A stretch of DNA of 64,000 nt from Leidyana gryllorum EB-2025a. Lineage: Eukaryota > Protista > Apicomplexa. The notes under the pieces are model-generated. The model did not search any database and was not told the DNA's origin. It was given only the letters and a program-made list of their open reading frames with translations. The stretch lies in the NCBI GenBank assembly GCA_048772705.1, contig JBLWGC010000035.1, forward strand, positions 380,128-444,127, written 5' to 3'. Each line of letters begins with the position of its first letter. The first letter of the stretch is position 1. This document shows positions 33,567-45,745 of this stretch, piece after piece. Both the position numbers and the translations under genes were made by a program.

Positions 33567-35696
33567 ATGGGTCCGCCCGTGAAGCGCTCTCGAACTGAAG
33601 CCATGGCCGAAGACGAGTCTATGGACACTCCTCGCTTCGGCGAGGCTATGTCAGGCTCCGGCTCTAAACCCGGGCTCTTATCGAGATTCGGTGCGAAGCT
33701 CTTCAATAGTAAGAGCGGTGGCACTGGCGGTGGTTCGGCAGAGAATCTGCACCCTGGCGACAATGATAGATATCGGAAGAGTACATCGGGCAGCTTCTGC
33801 CTACAGAAGGAGGTAGACGCAACTTCGGACATGCCCTCCATGAGCAGTAATGATCTCGACCCGTCCACCATGAAACCAGCTTTCGTGGCGTGTCCAGGTG
33901 GGATCTTTTTGGCGAACGCGGGCTGATCAGCTTTGATCTGCAGATTTCGCCACCACTGAACTTGGGGCCTCCATCCTGTTTGTCAGCGACGAGTTCTCAG
34001 GACTCGCTACCAATTTGTTGCGGAATACAATACATAACCCCAGAGAGACAATTGAGACGGACTATGGCACAGTTGGGGACTGGTGGGGTACTCGTCGTCG
34101 TCGACGGGAAGGACACGAATGGGTTGTGATTCAGTTTGGAGAACCAGGTGAGTACCGATTGGAGGATTCCTCGGACTCAATTGTACTCTGTATGCAGTCT
34201 TTATCCGCGGTTTCGACATTGATACTCACGGAACCCCCGCTGTGACCCCGAACATCTCTGTGGAGGCCGGATATTTCACCAATTTAGACGCCGGTGGGTA
34301 CCGCCGTGAAGAAAGCAGTTATGTCAACCCCTTTCATGCCCCTCAGAGGTCAAAGAAGTAATTAAACGTTACGTGCCCAATCCGGAAGACCTTTGTAGCC
34401 ATCAACTGGAGCCCTTATCGGCGGACTTGGTGAGAGATGTTCAAAAAGTTGTCGACTCCAAGGATTGGATCGAGTTGGTACCCATGTAAGTTCTGATTAT
34501 CAATTCCATAGATTTCGGTCTACCAGACAACGAATCCGTTTCACCCATGACGGTCACCACTATTTCGGGGTCAAGACGAAGCAGGAAGAGAGACGTCTAA
34601 CACATATCAGAGTGAACTTGCTGCCAGATGGGGCTGTGAGCAGATTCCGCGCCTACGGTGAGACCATGTCGACCTTCGGAGTACTCAAGCTGATGGCCTC
34701 CGAGAGTCCGAGCAAAAGTCTGAATATGTTGAACCCAAAGTTGGGGTAAGTCAGCACATTGGGAACGTTGGATATGTATCTCGTCATCAAACAGGGCTTG
34801 GCCGCTCTGGGCTTCTTCCGCCCGCGACCACACACTGCCAAATCTCATCGCCAGTTCGACACCACAGACTTGCCGTGATGGCTGGTGCACTCAATCGCAG
34901 CAGTTCCGACAACCCCTGCTATTTGAGCAGCAACACCAAATCAAGTACTCGAGCGACGACGTCGTTGTACTCAAGTTGGCCGGCCGATGTAAGTATTGGG
35001 AGGGCGAAGTGAGGGCTGTTACGTGTGTCTCTGCAACGGATTCCGGGTCACTCACGTCTCTGCGAGTCATTGACGTCACGTCTCACGTTTCTTCGGCTTT
35101 AGGTCTACCTACCCGGTTCGAAGTTGATACAAGTTACTTCCTGGGTGACGCACCATATGCAATCACGTTGGAGGCAATTGATGCGCCTGAGATGCTCAAG
35201 CTGCCAATGCTGCAGCAGATTGCCTTTTTCCGAAACCGTTATCGGGAAGGTGTCAAGTGGATACCGTTGAAGGAGCGAATGTTAGTGAAGCCGAACGCGC
35301 TGCACACACTGGATATAACTAGTCATGACACAAAGGCGGCTGCTAGAGCAGGCGGTCGCGCATTTGAAGTAGAGTCGCAAACTTATCACCAGATCCAATT
35401 GCCTACGGATCTGGGCGCGATAACGCACATCAGAATCTGCGTTATACCGGACGGAGTAGGTGGCCAATCTCGTGAGACGATACTTTCGTTATCAACAGGG
35501 CCTAACACGGGTCAAAGTCTGGGGAACGCCCGTGGATATCTTGGCATCAGACACAGGTCGAGCAGGCGCCTTGTCTTCGCAAGGTTTCGCATTGGAGCCC
35601 AGTGCCGCGACGCCAGGGTCGGTGAAGAGACCTTCACGGCGGCGTTCGACCATGTTGTTGTATAATAACTTGGACAGAATGTTCCAGCAACAGTAG
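33567..35696 (+). CDS. Allantoicase-like protein (two allantoicase repeats); multi-exon
   Basis: Repeat 1: FVSDEF..ATNLL, DWWGTRRRREGHEWVVIQFG, GFDIDT, THIRVNLLPDGAVSRFRAYG. Repeat 2: DGWCT, VVLKLA, FEVDTSYFLGDAP, THIRICVIPDGGLTRVKVWG. Confidence 0.85.
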
Positions 35697-35712
35697 TAGT
35701 AGAACACATCGA

Positions 35713-36636
35713 CTAGTTACCCCTTCCACCAAATTCTGGTCTGAGAACGAACAATACCCGTTTCCCCTGTCTTTCCCTGCGGGGTTCGGCTACAACATCA
35801 AGAATCTGCTTGACAGCTGACTGAGTAATTCCGCCTCCCAGATGAGCGCAGATTTCCCGCATGTTGGCTCCCTCCCCGCCTTTGGCTTCAAAGAACTTGA
35901 AGATCCGGGCCTGCGCTTCTTCCGTAGAGAGAGAAGCCGCTTGCCGTCTCCTCTTGCGTGACGGCCCACCGATCCCGCTGCCACCTCCGTCTTCGTCGCT
36001 GCTGACTCCTGCGGTCGTGGAAGTCGCGCCCCAACCGCCAGCAGACTGCGATGGACTCGCAGGCGAAGGGCTGTCGCCGCTCCCTCCATCGCCGGAAAAG
36101 TAGTGAAAGAGACGTGACCCCGATGTGGCAGAACTGGTGTCTTCGACGTGCTTGCTGTAGAAAGCTGCCGTCTCCTCAACACTGAGCACTCTCGGTTTCA
36201 ACGGCACCTTCTCGTTCTCTTCTCCATCGCCCTTGCGTCCTCCGCGTTTCTTTTTGCCGGCCGCAGACTGCTCAATGAGCCAGGCCCTGTATGAGGGGTT
36301 GGTGACGTCGGGAAGATAGGACTCGCACGCCCGAACAGTGCCCTCGATACACGGATAGCGAGCTTTCAGAGGCATATCAGGCGTTCCTGTGAACTGCAAC
36401 ACCATTTGTTGAGTAACCTGTGCCTCTTTAACCATGGCGGAATGTATACGCTTGACAGGGAAGGTGGAATCTTGGGGGAGAGCTATGGTACCCTTCTTGG
36501 CGCCTTGGGGAGCCTTCAGCATCCCCACCACAGTGCCTGGAGCCTCCTTGAGCCATGATGCGGCAACATGCTCCGGTACACGTATCAGTGTGAGGCTCGC
36601 ATTCTTACTGGGCAGTGAGACACTAGGCGCTAGCAT
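35713..36636 (-). CDS. Transcription initiation factor IIF beta subunit (RAP30/Tfg2)-like
   Basis: N-terminal LTLIRVPEHVAASW...VGML and C-terminal winged-helix pattern LSTEEAQARIFKFFE...MREIC...VKQILDVVA...FVLRPEF. Confidence 0.7.
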   Translation of the reverse strand: MLAPSVSLPSKNASLTLIRVPEHVAASWLKEAPGTVVGMLKAPQGAKKGTIALPQDSTFPVKRIHSAMVKEAQVTQQMVLQFTGTPDMPLKARYPCIEGTVRACESYLPDVTNPSYRAWLIEQSAAGKKKRGGRKGDGEENEKVPLKPRVLSVEETAAFYSKHVEDTSSATSGSRLFHYFSGDGGSGDSPSPASPSQSAGGWGATSTTAGVSSDEDGGGSGIGGPSRKRRRQAASLSTEEAQARIFKFFEAKGGEGANMREICAHLGGGITQSAVKQILDVVAEPRRERQGKRVLFVLRPEFGGRGN

Positions 36637-36707
36637 ATGTGTGTGTAAGCTTGATCTTTTGTTTCAAAATAAACTCAATAATTGCTGTCAGGAATTAGGC
36701 GGCACCG

Positions 36708-37511
36708 ATGAGCCAAACGTCCACCAACCACCCTACTCCTGACAATACGACCAAAAACTCGGGTTCAAAGAAGAGTGAGTGTACTTTGGCCCTCCTGCTC
36801 CGACTCTCCCTTTTCTCTTCTGTAGGCGGCTTATTCGCTGGACGTATGAAAGGTTGGCGTGAAATCTTCCCAGCTGCCGCCTCTTGGGAGGATGTGACGC
36901 TCTCGGCTCTGGTTCTTGCCAGTGTGAACATCACCTTCTTCGTCTACTGGGTCGTCGGCACGTCCTTGACTTCGTTGCTATGCTACACAATTGGAGCCGG
37001 AATGCTCGTTGGCTTACCCTACTCCCGCTTGACCTCTCACGGTCGTCACATGGCTGACAACATTCACACTTCCCAGGTCACTGAAGAGACCGTCAGAAAG
37101 CATGTCTTGATGCTTCACGAAATGTTGGGCAAATACGGTGAGTTGCGGCATTCTGCACCACAATCTCGGGGCATCAGGGGCTGAGCTACGGCTACTGTTC
37201 TGCTGGATTAACACTCAGAGGTCTCTGATGGTTTCCTTCGGCGCCTTTGTAGCGGGATATCTTTTCACCTACATGAGCTGGACATTCCTGGCTTTCTGCG
37301 GTAAGTATCACCACGCAGTCCACTCTTCTTCATTCGGGCTCCAGTTGTCAACGTTGCCCTGGTACACAAGCCCATGATCGCATTCTACAAGAAGAATCTC
37401 TCCAAACAAGTCCAGCCATATCTCGACCAAGCTTCCGCTGCGCTCAACGGTGTGTTGAGCAAGATCCCCAGAATGTCTGATGCCACTGCTGCTGGCAAGA
37501 AGAAAATCTAA
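36708..37511 (+). CDS. Reticulon-domain ER membrane protein; about 4 exons
   Basis: Two long hydrophobic hairpins (WEDVTLSALVL...; LLFCWINTQRSL...), VLSKIPR tail and a C-terminal KKKI di-lysine ER retrieval motif. Confidence 0.75.
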
Positions 37512-38237
37512 GAGACACCAAAACTGACGACTCGAATAGCCCCTCCTTCCCCCTGCTGTCCCTTATCCCCTGCTGATGTGAAAGCGCGAGTATTTCATCC
37601 CCTGTACCCTCGATTTTCCAATCTCCACAAACTGGATCACCCATGATCGCGAAATGACGCTGTCTCAGACGCACAGCCTGCCTGGATCAGGCAGCTGACC
37701 GAGCTCTTCTCATATTTTTGTCATAGTGATAACTGCCCTTTGTGCTCACCGCGTACCGCACGTGTGTGAGTTGTTTGTGGTTTCGGTTATTTAAGTACGC
37801 AATACATAGGAGGGTGCTCAAAAATGCCGAAACAGAGTGCAGCTCGCCGTAAGTGTCACAGGCAGAACATACTATCGACAGATGTGAGCTGGTTTTGACA
37901 TGAACAGTTGTATCACAGGCGTTTTGATTTCAGTCGGTAGAAGATTGAGCAACAAGACGTCGTATGTTTGGCCAGCTTGACTTCATTCCGATTCATCTCT
38001 TGATTGATCTCAAGAATGGTACGATTGCTCGCAGTTTACTGGGGGATCATTGAGACGAGTTGGTATATAAGGATACGAGCCTTCATTATTAGTCAAAGAG
38101 ACTTGTTGCTGGCTGGTTGATCAAATGTGCCTGTGCTTCAAATGCAGTAGGGGTTAATTGGGGTCACACCGTATACAAATGTGTACGAATTCGCGTCTGG
38201 TGCTGGTGTGATCGGCCTTTCCCAAATCGTTTATGAT

Positions 38238-39581
38238 CTAAGGCTCGATAGCAGCAGCAATACCAGTTGTAGTTTGAGGAGTACTGTCACCCTTTGTGTC
38301 GAACTTGTTGAGGGAGTTGGGTAATTCGGAGTGGTTTCGAAGTATTTCTTCTCCACTTGGTGCTTCTCGTTGGCCAACATCCTCATCATCAGAGTCCGCT
38401 AGGTCGCCGGTGCAGAAACAGGGCACTGGATACTTCAGATCTTTGTAGAGTTGGGGCGTCCTCTGCCTGGTAACACCCGGAATAATGAACGCATAAATGA
38501 AGAAACCGACGGCTGCAAGTATTAGGGCAACGAGTTGTTCCCAAGCGTAATCTTGCCACCGAAGGCAGAGTTCAATCACCCATAAAATAGGGGAGCGGAG
38601 AGAGTAAATAACAGCTCGGAGGAGTCCGGAGCCGAGCTTTGTGGTGCAAATGGAACCGCCATTGAAGATGAAGACAACAACGAGGTACCAAAAGTTACCA
38701 ATCATGATGTTCTTGTTGTGATTCATTTGGTACCATCCGTGTTTGATGTTGCTGATCCCAGTCCAATGAGCGATTCCGATAGCCAGGATGTTCATTGCCA
38801 CCCCAAAAATTCCTTGAAGCCCCATACACCCCATGGGAGGGAAGTAAGCGCGCTTAAAGTACCACTCCTCGAGGATAATTTGGAAGGCATTGAATACGGT
38901 TCCAGCTAAAGTAAGTACAATACCCAGCCAGGCCTTATCCGAGTCGATATTTGTCTCGGTCTCCGGGTTACGAATGGCCTGTACACCCGCCACAACCATT
39001 CCCGCTGTCATGATTGCAATACCAATCCATTGGTGGACGCGCAATGGACGGCGCATCATTACAATAGAGAAGAAAGAGGTACATATCAACATTGTGTTCC
39101 GCAACATTTGAATTGTGGAGGCGTACGACATGGTGAAAGCCATGTTGACAAAAGCTGTGCCAATCAAATCCAGCAACCCGGGAAAGATCCACCACCAAAT
39201 AGGTGTCCGTGGCTTGTTGAAGGAAGCTTCGTTATTCGGGAATTCGATGTACATCAGTTTCCTTCCAGACCGGTCACGTAACTTCACTTCAACCCACCAC
39301 ACGATCAGACACATAGATTCCCCACAAAACATGATGAAAGTTTGCCAATACGGCTGGTCGAAAAACTCCGCTTTGCAACCATCACAAACAGGATAAGATT
39401 CGCGATTTTGCAGCTTGACGGCAAGTACACACATCAAGCCTGCGATCAACGTTGTACTCGCGGCCACTGCAACCAACCATGGTTTCGGTGGTTGCAGTGT
39501 GAATGAATCGGAAGGGGAGACTGGCTCTGCCAGCTCCTGGTGCGTCTGCACTTCAACTTCGTTTTCACCATTATTATGCAT
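38238..39581 (-). CDS. SLC35F6-like drug/metabolite (nucleotide-sugar type) transporter; intronless
   Basis: FDQPYWQTFIMFCGESMCL, PGLLDLIGT, YASTIQMLR, QIILEE; about 10 hydrophobic segments. First ATG at 39581. Confidence 0.8.
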   Translation of the reverse strand: MHNNGENEVEVQTHQELAEPVSPSDSFTLQPPKPWLVAVAASTTLIAGLMCVLAVKLQNRESYPVCDGCKAEFFDQPYWQTFIMFCGESMCLIVWWVEVKLRDRSGRKLMYIEFPNNEASFNKPRTPIWWWIFPGLLDLIGTAFVNMAFTMSYASTIQMLRNTMLICTSFFSIVMMRRPLRVHQWIGIAIMTAGMVVAGVQAIRNPETETNIDSDKAWLGIVLTLAGTVFNAFQIILEEWYFKRAYFPPMGCMGLQGIFGVAMNILAIGIAHWTGISNIKHGWYQMNHNKNIMIGNFWYLVVVFIFNGGSICTTKLGSGLLRAVIYSLRSPILWVIELCLRWQDYAWEQLVALILAAVGFFIYAFIIPGVTRQRTPQLYKDLKYPVPCFCTGDLADSDDEDVGQREAPSGEEILRNHSELPNSLNKFDTKGDSTPQTTTGIAAAIEP

Positions 39582-40302
39582 AGTAGAAGTGTAATTCGAA
39601 CTCACGACTTGTAACTACACGTAGAACTTGATACTAACTTTTTTTTCTTCCGAAATTACGACCACCAAAAAGGTTCCTGTGACAGAGATCCTCTGCACAC
39701 ACCTTCCAAAGAAATACAAACAATACACTTGCTGCTCAGCTATCCTCCACATTCACGTCTCCGGTGCCAATTTTGTCTGAGACCCATAGATCAGAGAGTG
39801 TAGATATTATCCGAGGATCGCCATCTTGATAGACTGATTATCTGGCAACTATACGACGGCCCCTCTTGAGAGAGACTATTAGACGATATTGCAAATTCAG
39901 GCTCGCAGTTCGATCTATGTAGCGAGTGAGTTGACTATCGATGTGGTCGTGAGAGACTCCCATTCTGCACCGCACGCCTGCCAAAGACCCATCAATGTGT
40001 GGGGGCTCCAGCGGGAGGCCGTCACATTGTGAGACATTTGGGCTTGGGATATACCCCAGGTCGGGTAAACCCCAAGTCACATCGGCCAAGAGTACCGATA
40101 AAATGATCTCCTCGAGACAGTGATTGCCGATTGTTTGATTGCGAATCCGAACTCCGGCAGCGCCAGGCGGGATGAAATGGATGAGTTGATGAAAGTATTC
40201 ACATAGCGAGGAGGTGTGCAAAATGACGATAGATACTGTTGACGAGGGAAGCAGCCGATGTGACTACACATCCACAGTTGTGGATTTTTTTTTGGCCTAA
40301 CA

Positions 40303-41834
40303 ATGCAGGTTGCAGAGGAGGGAGCTATCAAATCGTGCGTACTGTGGGTGCCCCGTGGTCGGGCCCAGGTCCAATCATCGCCCACCATCGAAGAACCCCA
40401 GCAGCCCACTGCCTCTCAGGATGCGAGTGCAGCTGCTGCGGCTGCTGCCAGCACGGCGGCTAATGCGATACCTATGGGCGAAGACCCTATTGACCGAGAG
40501 CTGAATATGGCCGGTTACGACGACGAAGACGGCATGACTGACACGCCCTTTGGAGTCAGTCGGCAAGATATCGAACTTGCGGCGGCTGGCGACCCTCTGC
40601 TGCGCGATGCTGACGAGAACGACTCAGATGACGACTCTGAGGCGGACCGGGAAATTCGACCTTCCGACTTCGTATTGGTCGTAGGAAACACGGAGAAGGT
40701 GGAAGAGAGTTCAATGGAGACATATCTTTATGACCACGAGGAAGGTTCCATCTTTCTGCATCACGATACAATGGTACGCCCTCAATTAAATCTCGGATGT
40801 CAAATCCCTCTCTCTCTCTTTGTCCTCAGATTCAACACTTTCCCACAGCTGTTGAGCTAATTGATTCGTTTGGTACTCACCAAAGCACCCAATTATTGGC
40901 GGTGGGCTCTATGGCGCCCGTCATCGAAGTTTGGGACAACAATGTGGTCGATGCCTTGGAGCCGATTGGCATCCTGGGCAAGACCAATGTTAGTGAAGAG
41001 AAGGCCGAGCAGCTGGCCTGCACAGCATTACATAGCAATCCAGTGGTTCGGTGAGTATAACTCGTTGTGATGCCCTCACATCTGTGCCGACTTGCAGAAC
41101 CCAATTGGCATCTGCCCATGCCCACCGCACTGTTCTCATCTGGGATCTGCCCAGTATGAGCCGCGCTCAAAAGATGATTTTGCACGAATCATCAGTCGCT
41201 GCGGTGCAGTGGCATCCTGTGGAAGCCACAGTATTGGCGACCGGAGGCGATGATAAATTCATGCGGGTCATTGACATCCGCACTCCGACCAAAGGAGCGG
41301 TAAGAACATTCACGGCGGTGTGCTAGGAGACACGTGTTCTACTTTTTAGAGTCTGAATATGAACGCTGAAGTTGAGGACGTGTGCTGGAATCGTCACAAT
41401 CCTTATGTACTCATGGGTGCTTTGGGCGATGGACGCTTTGTTGGGATGGATGTTCGAAATATGCCGTCGCCAGAGGGAGGAGACGGATCTCTGTTATGGG
41501 AGATCGAAGCCGCCGATAGCCCTCTGCTATGCGTTGCCGATACACTGGGTAAGCTGTGTGTGTGAATCTAATTGTATGACGCCTTGTGACAGTCCCGGGA
41601 ATGGCAATCACGGGAGGAGAAGATGGTGTCGCCACTGTATGGGACATTCGCGGGACAAGTGGTGGTGCCAAGTTGGTTGCTAGCCGTGATCTGAAGGTTG
41701 GGGCACTATTCTGCTGTCGGAGTACCCCGGATACGAACGAGGCGACTTTAGTCGCTTTTGGCGGACGAGAGGTGGTAGTGTGGGACGTCGCTGAAAGCGC
41801 GCCCGTGGTGTCGTGCTTTGCTGCTTCAAGTTGA
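40303..41834 (+). CDS. PWP1: Periodic tryptophan protein 1 (WD40); multi-exon
   Basis: CVLWVPRG, NMAGYDDE, IRPSD, IFLHHD...FP, AVGSMAPVIEVWD..VVDALEP..ILG, VQWHP, RDLKVGALF. Confidence 0.85.
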
Positions 41835-41924
41835 AAGGGAAAAGCAAAGAAGAGAAGCGTTGAGCATCATCGAGAGGCGCTGGGCCGGAAGTCTTTTCTG
41901 GACGTTTTCCGCACGCGCGACGCA

Positions 41925-44344
41925 ATGGCTTCCACTGGCGGCGGCGAGGGAGGGGCTTTGAGCTCAGCAGGGACGACGACGATTGGCTCGAACTGCACTA
42001 CGGATCAACTATTATTGGAGGGCGATCTTCTGACGAGTAACAGCCGAGTGAAAAACAGCGAGCCACCCACTTCGAGCTGTGCTCTACTTGAAGCTTTGAA
42101 TCAATTACGAGTGGATAATCAAGCAGTGGATTTGCTGCTCAGACAGTACGTACTCAAGCAGAAAGATGCGTTGGACTCTATGCTCGTCAATGTTACTCAA
42201 CTGTTGAAGAATCAAACGGCCGTGATAGACTTGGCCTGTGACTGTCTGCGCCACGAACATGGTGCTAACGGTCCTACCCCTGTTGTGGATGTTATGGAAG
42301 GCGTACCAGCGCAACTGTCGGCTTCGGCAGTGTGTGCTGCATCGTGTGTGGGTCGTCCTGACCTGAGCGCGACGTCTCTGCGCCTCTTCCGATCGGCCTT
42401 GCAGCGACAACAACAGATTCTGCGTCCGCGCCCGTTAATTGGGTCGCCTGTTATCACTAACTCGCCTCCAATTCGGGCCCGTCTACTGGCAGCGGCAACG
42501 CGGAGACCCCACAGCGGAAGCAAATTGGAAGAAACAACGACCACCACTGAGCAACTTTCACCGTTAGTGCGGAACCTTTTATCTTCAGCTTCCTGGAAAA
42601 AGACTTACGATCGTGCGTTCGAACCATTGGATCCCGTCATAGAAACGCCACCGCCTGACGCTGCTGCGACTCTTGCGGCTATAGTCTCCCAAACCACCAC
42701 TTCGAAGGAAGACAACAGTAGTTATGCTGAGCGACTGGTCCAATCTATCTTCCCATCAGCGTTGCTGCTCAACTCCGTGGTTGATGATTTACCTTCCCCT
42801 CCAGCAGCTTCAGGTCAACAACAAGCAGCAATTGACGGCTGTAGCAGCTCGTCGGCTACGAATTCCAACAACTCCAACACTCTTGTCCATCTGGTTGCTC
42901 CCCCAAACCCCTCAATGCCCCAAAGAATCGAACCGCTCGTTCGACAAATTATGACCGTTGAAATGGCCAAAAGGGTAAGTGCTCCTCCACCCGCCAACAT
43001 GATTCCCCCCAATCGCTACCGATGGTAGAGACAAAAGACCTGAGCTAAGCAGCGCGTACCCAGTTCGACACATAGAAATCGCTCGCACACACGCACGCAC
43101 GATCTTTCGTCAGACCGTAGATGGCTGTTGGGGAGGAAAGTTGAGTGACAGACTGATTTAGAGATCGATAGATATATTGCAGCCCAATTTGATTGGACGA
43201 GATGACTACCTATTCATCGAATGGTTCGGGGCCGGCGAGTACCCCAACCGTTCATATCCCTTCGGAGGCTTCCGGGCAGAGATCATTCACAACAGAGCGG
43301 CTGAATCACTGCTTGAGGACCTAACGGTGCCCACTGGAGCAATTTCCGAGTCCCCCGCTGGAGGCGAGATTGATCCCTCTTCATCAACCTCCGCGGCACC
43401 CGAGGATGCTTCACGCCGGAATCCGCAACTAGGCCGCTTTGATCCCCGATATGCCCAAATGCTGTTCGAAACTGAGTGCACGAGGATAGACGCACCCACC
43501 CGAGATGCTTGTCTGATAGGTAAGGTTTGAAGAGAGGGGAGGGTCAGTAGGATATGTTCATTTTGCTCAGCATTGACAACCATACTTGACTGGGCAGAGC
43601 GTCGAGTCACTTTCCACAACCTTCCGTCGACCCGAAGTGCTGCGGCTACCGATAGCATTAAGCAGCCATCCTCTTCTGATGATGCGACAGCCGACACGGA
43701 GACGCTTTTCAATTGGAATGGGTCTTTCCAGGCGCTTTCGACACAGCCTCTTCCTACAGACTACGGCCGCTCCGACCTATTCGACAAACGAGGGTCAATG
43801 CGGTACATACAGTTGGCCGCGAATGCACCTCCTGTACCAGAGTCTATGAACGAGCTGCGTCGAAAGGCCCGCAATTTCAACAATTGGTACGGCGTTGCCT
43901 ATGGGAATGGAATGTGGAAGGCGGAGGTTGTGGTAGACCAGCTGAACGCGAAGCGCAACAGTTTTCAGCGCTCTTTACGTCAGATGTCGTATCAGAGAGC
44001 GCAAGTAGAGGTGATGCGTTGGCTGTTCCGCAAGTGCCACGACCTCCGCATTAGAGCGTTCCGCTATAAAGGTCGCAGAGACGAATTCCTGGTAAGATTG
44101 TGATCACGGGAGATGTTCAGATATTTGTGTCACATCACAGATCACTTTCGGACGCAACGGGGGTGTCATTGGAGCAACTACCAGCTCGCCATCGCCGAGT
44201 CGTAGCCTCCCCGACAACAACTCGCGAATTTCCAGCGCTGAAGACGGCGTTGGGGCGTTCGAGCCTTTGAGAGGACCCAGCAAACGTCGAACACCCGCCG
44301 AAGTCGTCGTCGAAGATGGTGTGAAGAAACATCGCAGATTGTAG
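41925..44344 (+). CDS. Low-complexity protein with a possible divergent AP2 (ApiAP2-like) domain; multi-exon
   Basis: Open segments 41925-43028, 43177-43530, 43573-44103 and a last exon ending in TAG at 44344. WYGVAYGNGMWKAEV...RNSF...SYQRAQVEVMRW resembles the AP2 pattern. Splicing at 42975-43180 is unresolved. Confidence 0.4.
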
Positions 44345-44383
44345 CGCTACTTAATGCTTTCTTACCTCTAACAAAAAAAAGAA

Positions 44384-45737
44384 ATGACTACCCCTATCCC
44401 CCAACATATGGACGATGTCCTGGGTATTTATGTCAGAATCATCGAGGGTATGTTTGCTACCCACACATGCCACCGTGTCATCGAGATGATGTGCAACAGA
44501 GACTATGGCCCGTTCGGAGGGCTTACAGAATCCGAAAATCCTTGAGCAGGTCAAGGACCGCTGGCTGAAGAATATCAAGGACCGTATAGCGAACCCGACA
44601 GCGGCAACAAAAGACACTGCGACTCTTGACACCACTTCTGGGGGCGAAAGGCTGGCCCAGGTTGATTTGAATGCAGTCAAAATCAGAGTCAGAGATGATC
44701 ATCTCCAGAGTAATGATCTATCACAAAGAGTCACCGACTCCTCGCGGTAATTACTAAATGCTGCTGTGGTTGCTGTGGTTCGCGCTTGTAAAGGCTATGA
44801 CTCGTACGGCACACAATGCCTAGAGAGTGATCTGCCACTATGTGTATCGTAATTGCGTCCAACGACGCCGCATTCGTATCCTAGCACCTTTCTGTACATA
44901 GGCCCCGCCCTGACGATGTGGCTGATCGACAAGGGAGTCGATTGAAGGGTCGACCTGGCTTTCAAGCTGGAGAGGTCCCCAACTTGTGGACGGGTCAGGC
45001 TCTGTGGGACCCTGCTGGGCCCACTACAGCAACCAGGACGGATCCTTCTGGTCGTCCTGTTGGAATAGGCACGCAACCCCAACCCATAGACCTTGCAGAC
45101 CCCGACAACGACCCACGAGCCCAGGAGCCAGGCCCAATCGTGCCGTTCTATGTGAACCGCGAAGGAGAATTTTGGGATGACTGGATCATGGCTGAGGCAG
45201 TCCCTGATGAGCAAATACCCATCCCAACTGAGGAGGAAATCGCCAGAGAAGCGGCTGGAGGATCAATGGCCGAAGGAGCTGGCGGAAATGATGCTGCACA
45301 CTTGGGACGAGACGCCAGCCCAGTCGAAGGCACCATGGATGCTGAAGGGACCTATGTGCCCCGTGAAGCAGATTTTGCGACACGGGTAACGACTCAGTAC
45401 GGCAGAACAGAGGGTCTGGGAGGGGTAGTTGATGGGGACTCTTCGAACGCATACAATTGGGATAATCCCGACGAGGTGGACAACGACCTGGATAACGTTA
45501 GTGACCTCGCTGACGAAGAACCCGAGTCCTCTGACGTGATAGTGGGTCAAATGGACGCTGTCCTTCGTCCCCCTGGCAGACGAGTTACTAGCATCGGTTT
45601 GTGGAGAATAAGGGTCCGCAATGGCATTGCAAAGGTAGAGCCCACTCAACACACGTGTGTACACACATATATATTTGTTTCAGATTAATGGGCAGGAGTT
45701 TTTCTTCGACAGTCTTCAGGCAGAATTAGAATTCTGA
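44384..45737 (+). CDS. Transcription factor IIA large (alpha/beta) subunit; multi-exon
   Basis: N-terminal IYVRIIEET...KILEQVKDRW; acidic stretch then DVIVGQMDAVLR...WRIRVRNGIAKINGQEFFFDSLQAELEF*. Confidence 0.85.
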
Positions 45738-45745
45738 TTTTCTGA

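Noticed and set aside
37861-37885. ggcagaacatact resembling the 5' part of U6 snRNA
   Set aside because: No ACAGAGA box or downstream U6 core follows.
22-38238. Nucleotidases, allantoicase and transporter as a purine-catabolism gene cluster
   Set aside because: Separated by over 20 kb of unrelated housekeeping genes, and the allantoicase motifs look degenerate.
44650-44670. QVD in TFIIA as a taspase cleavage site
   Set aside because: Followed by Leu, not the required Gly.
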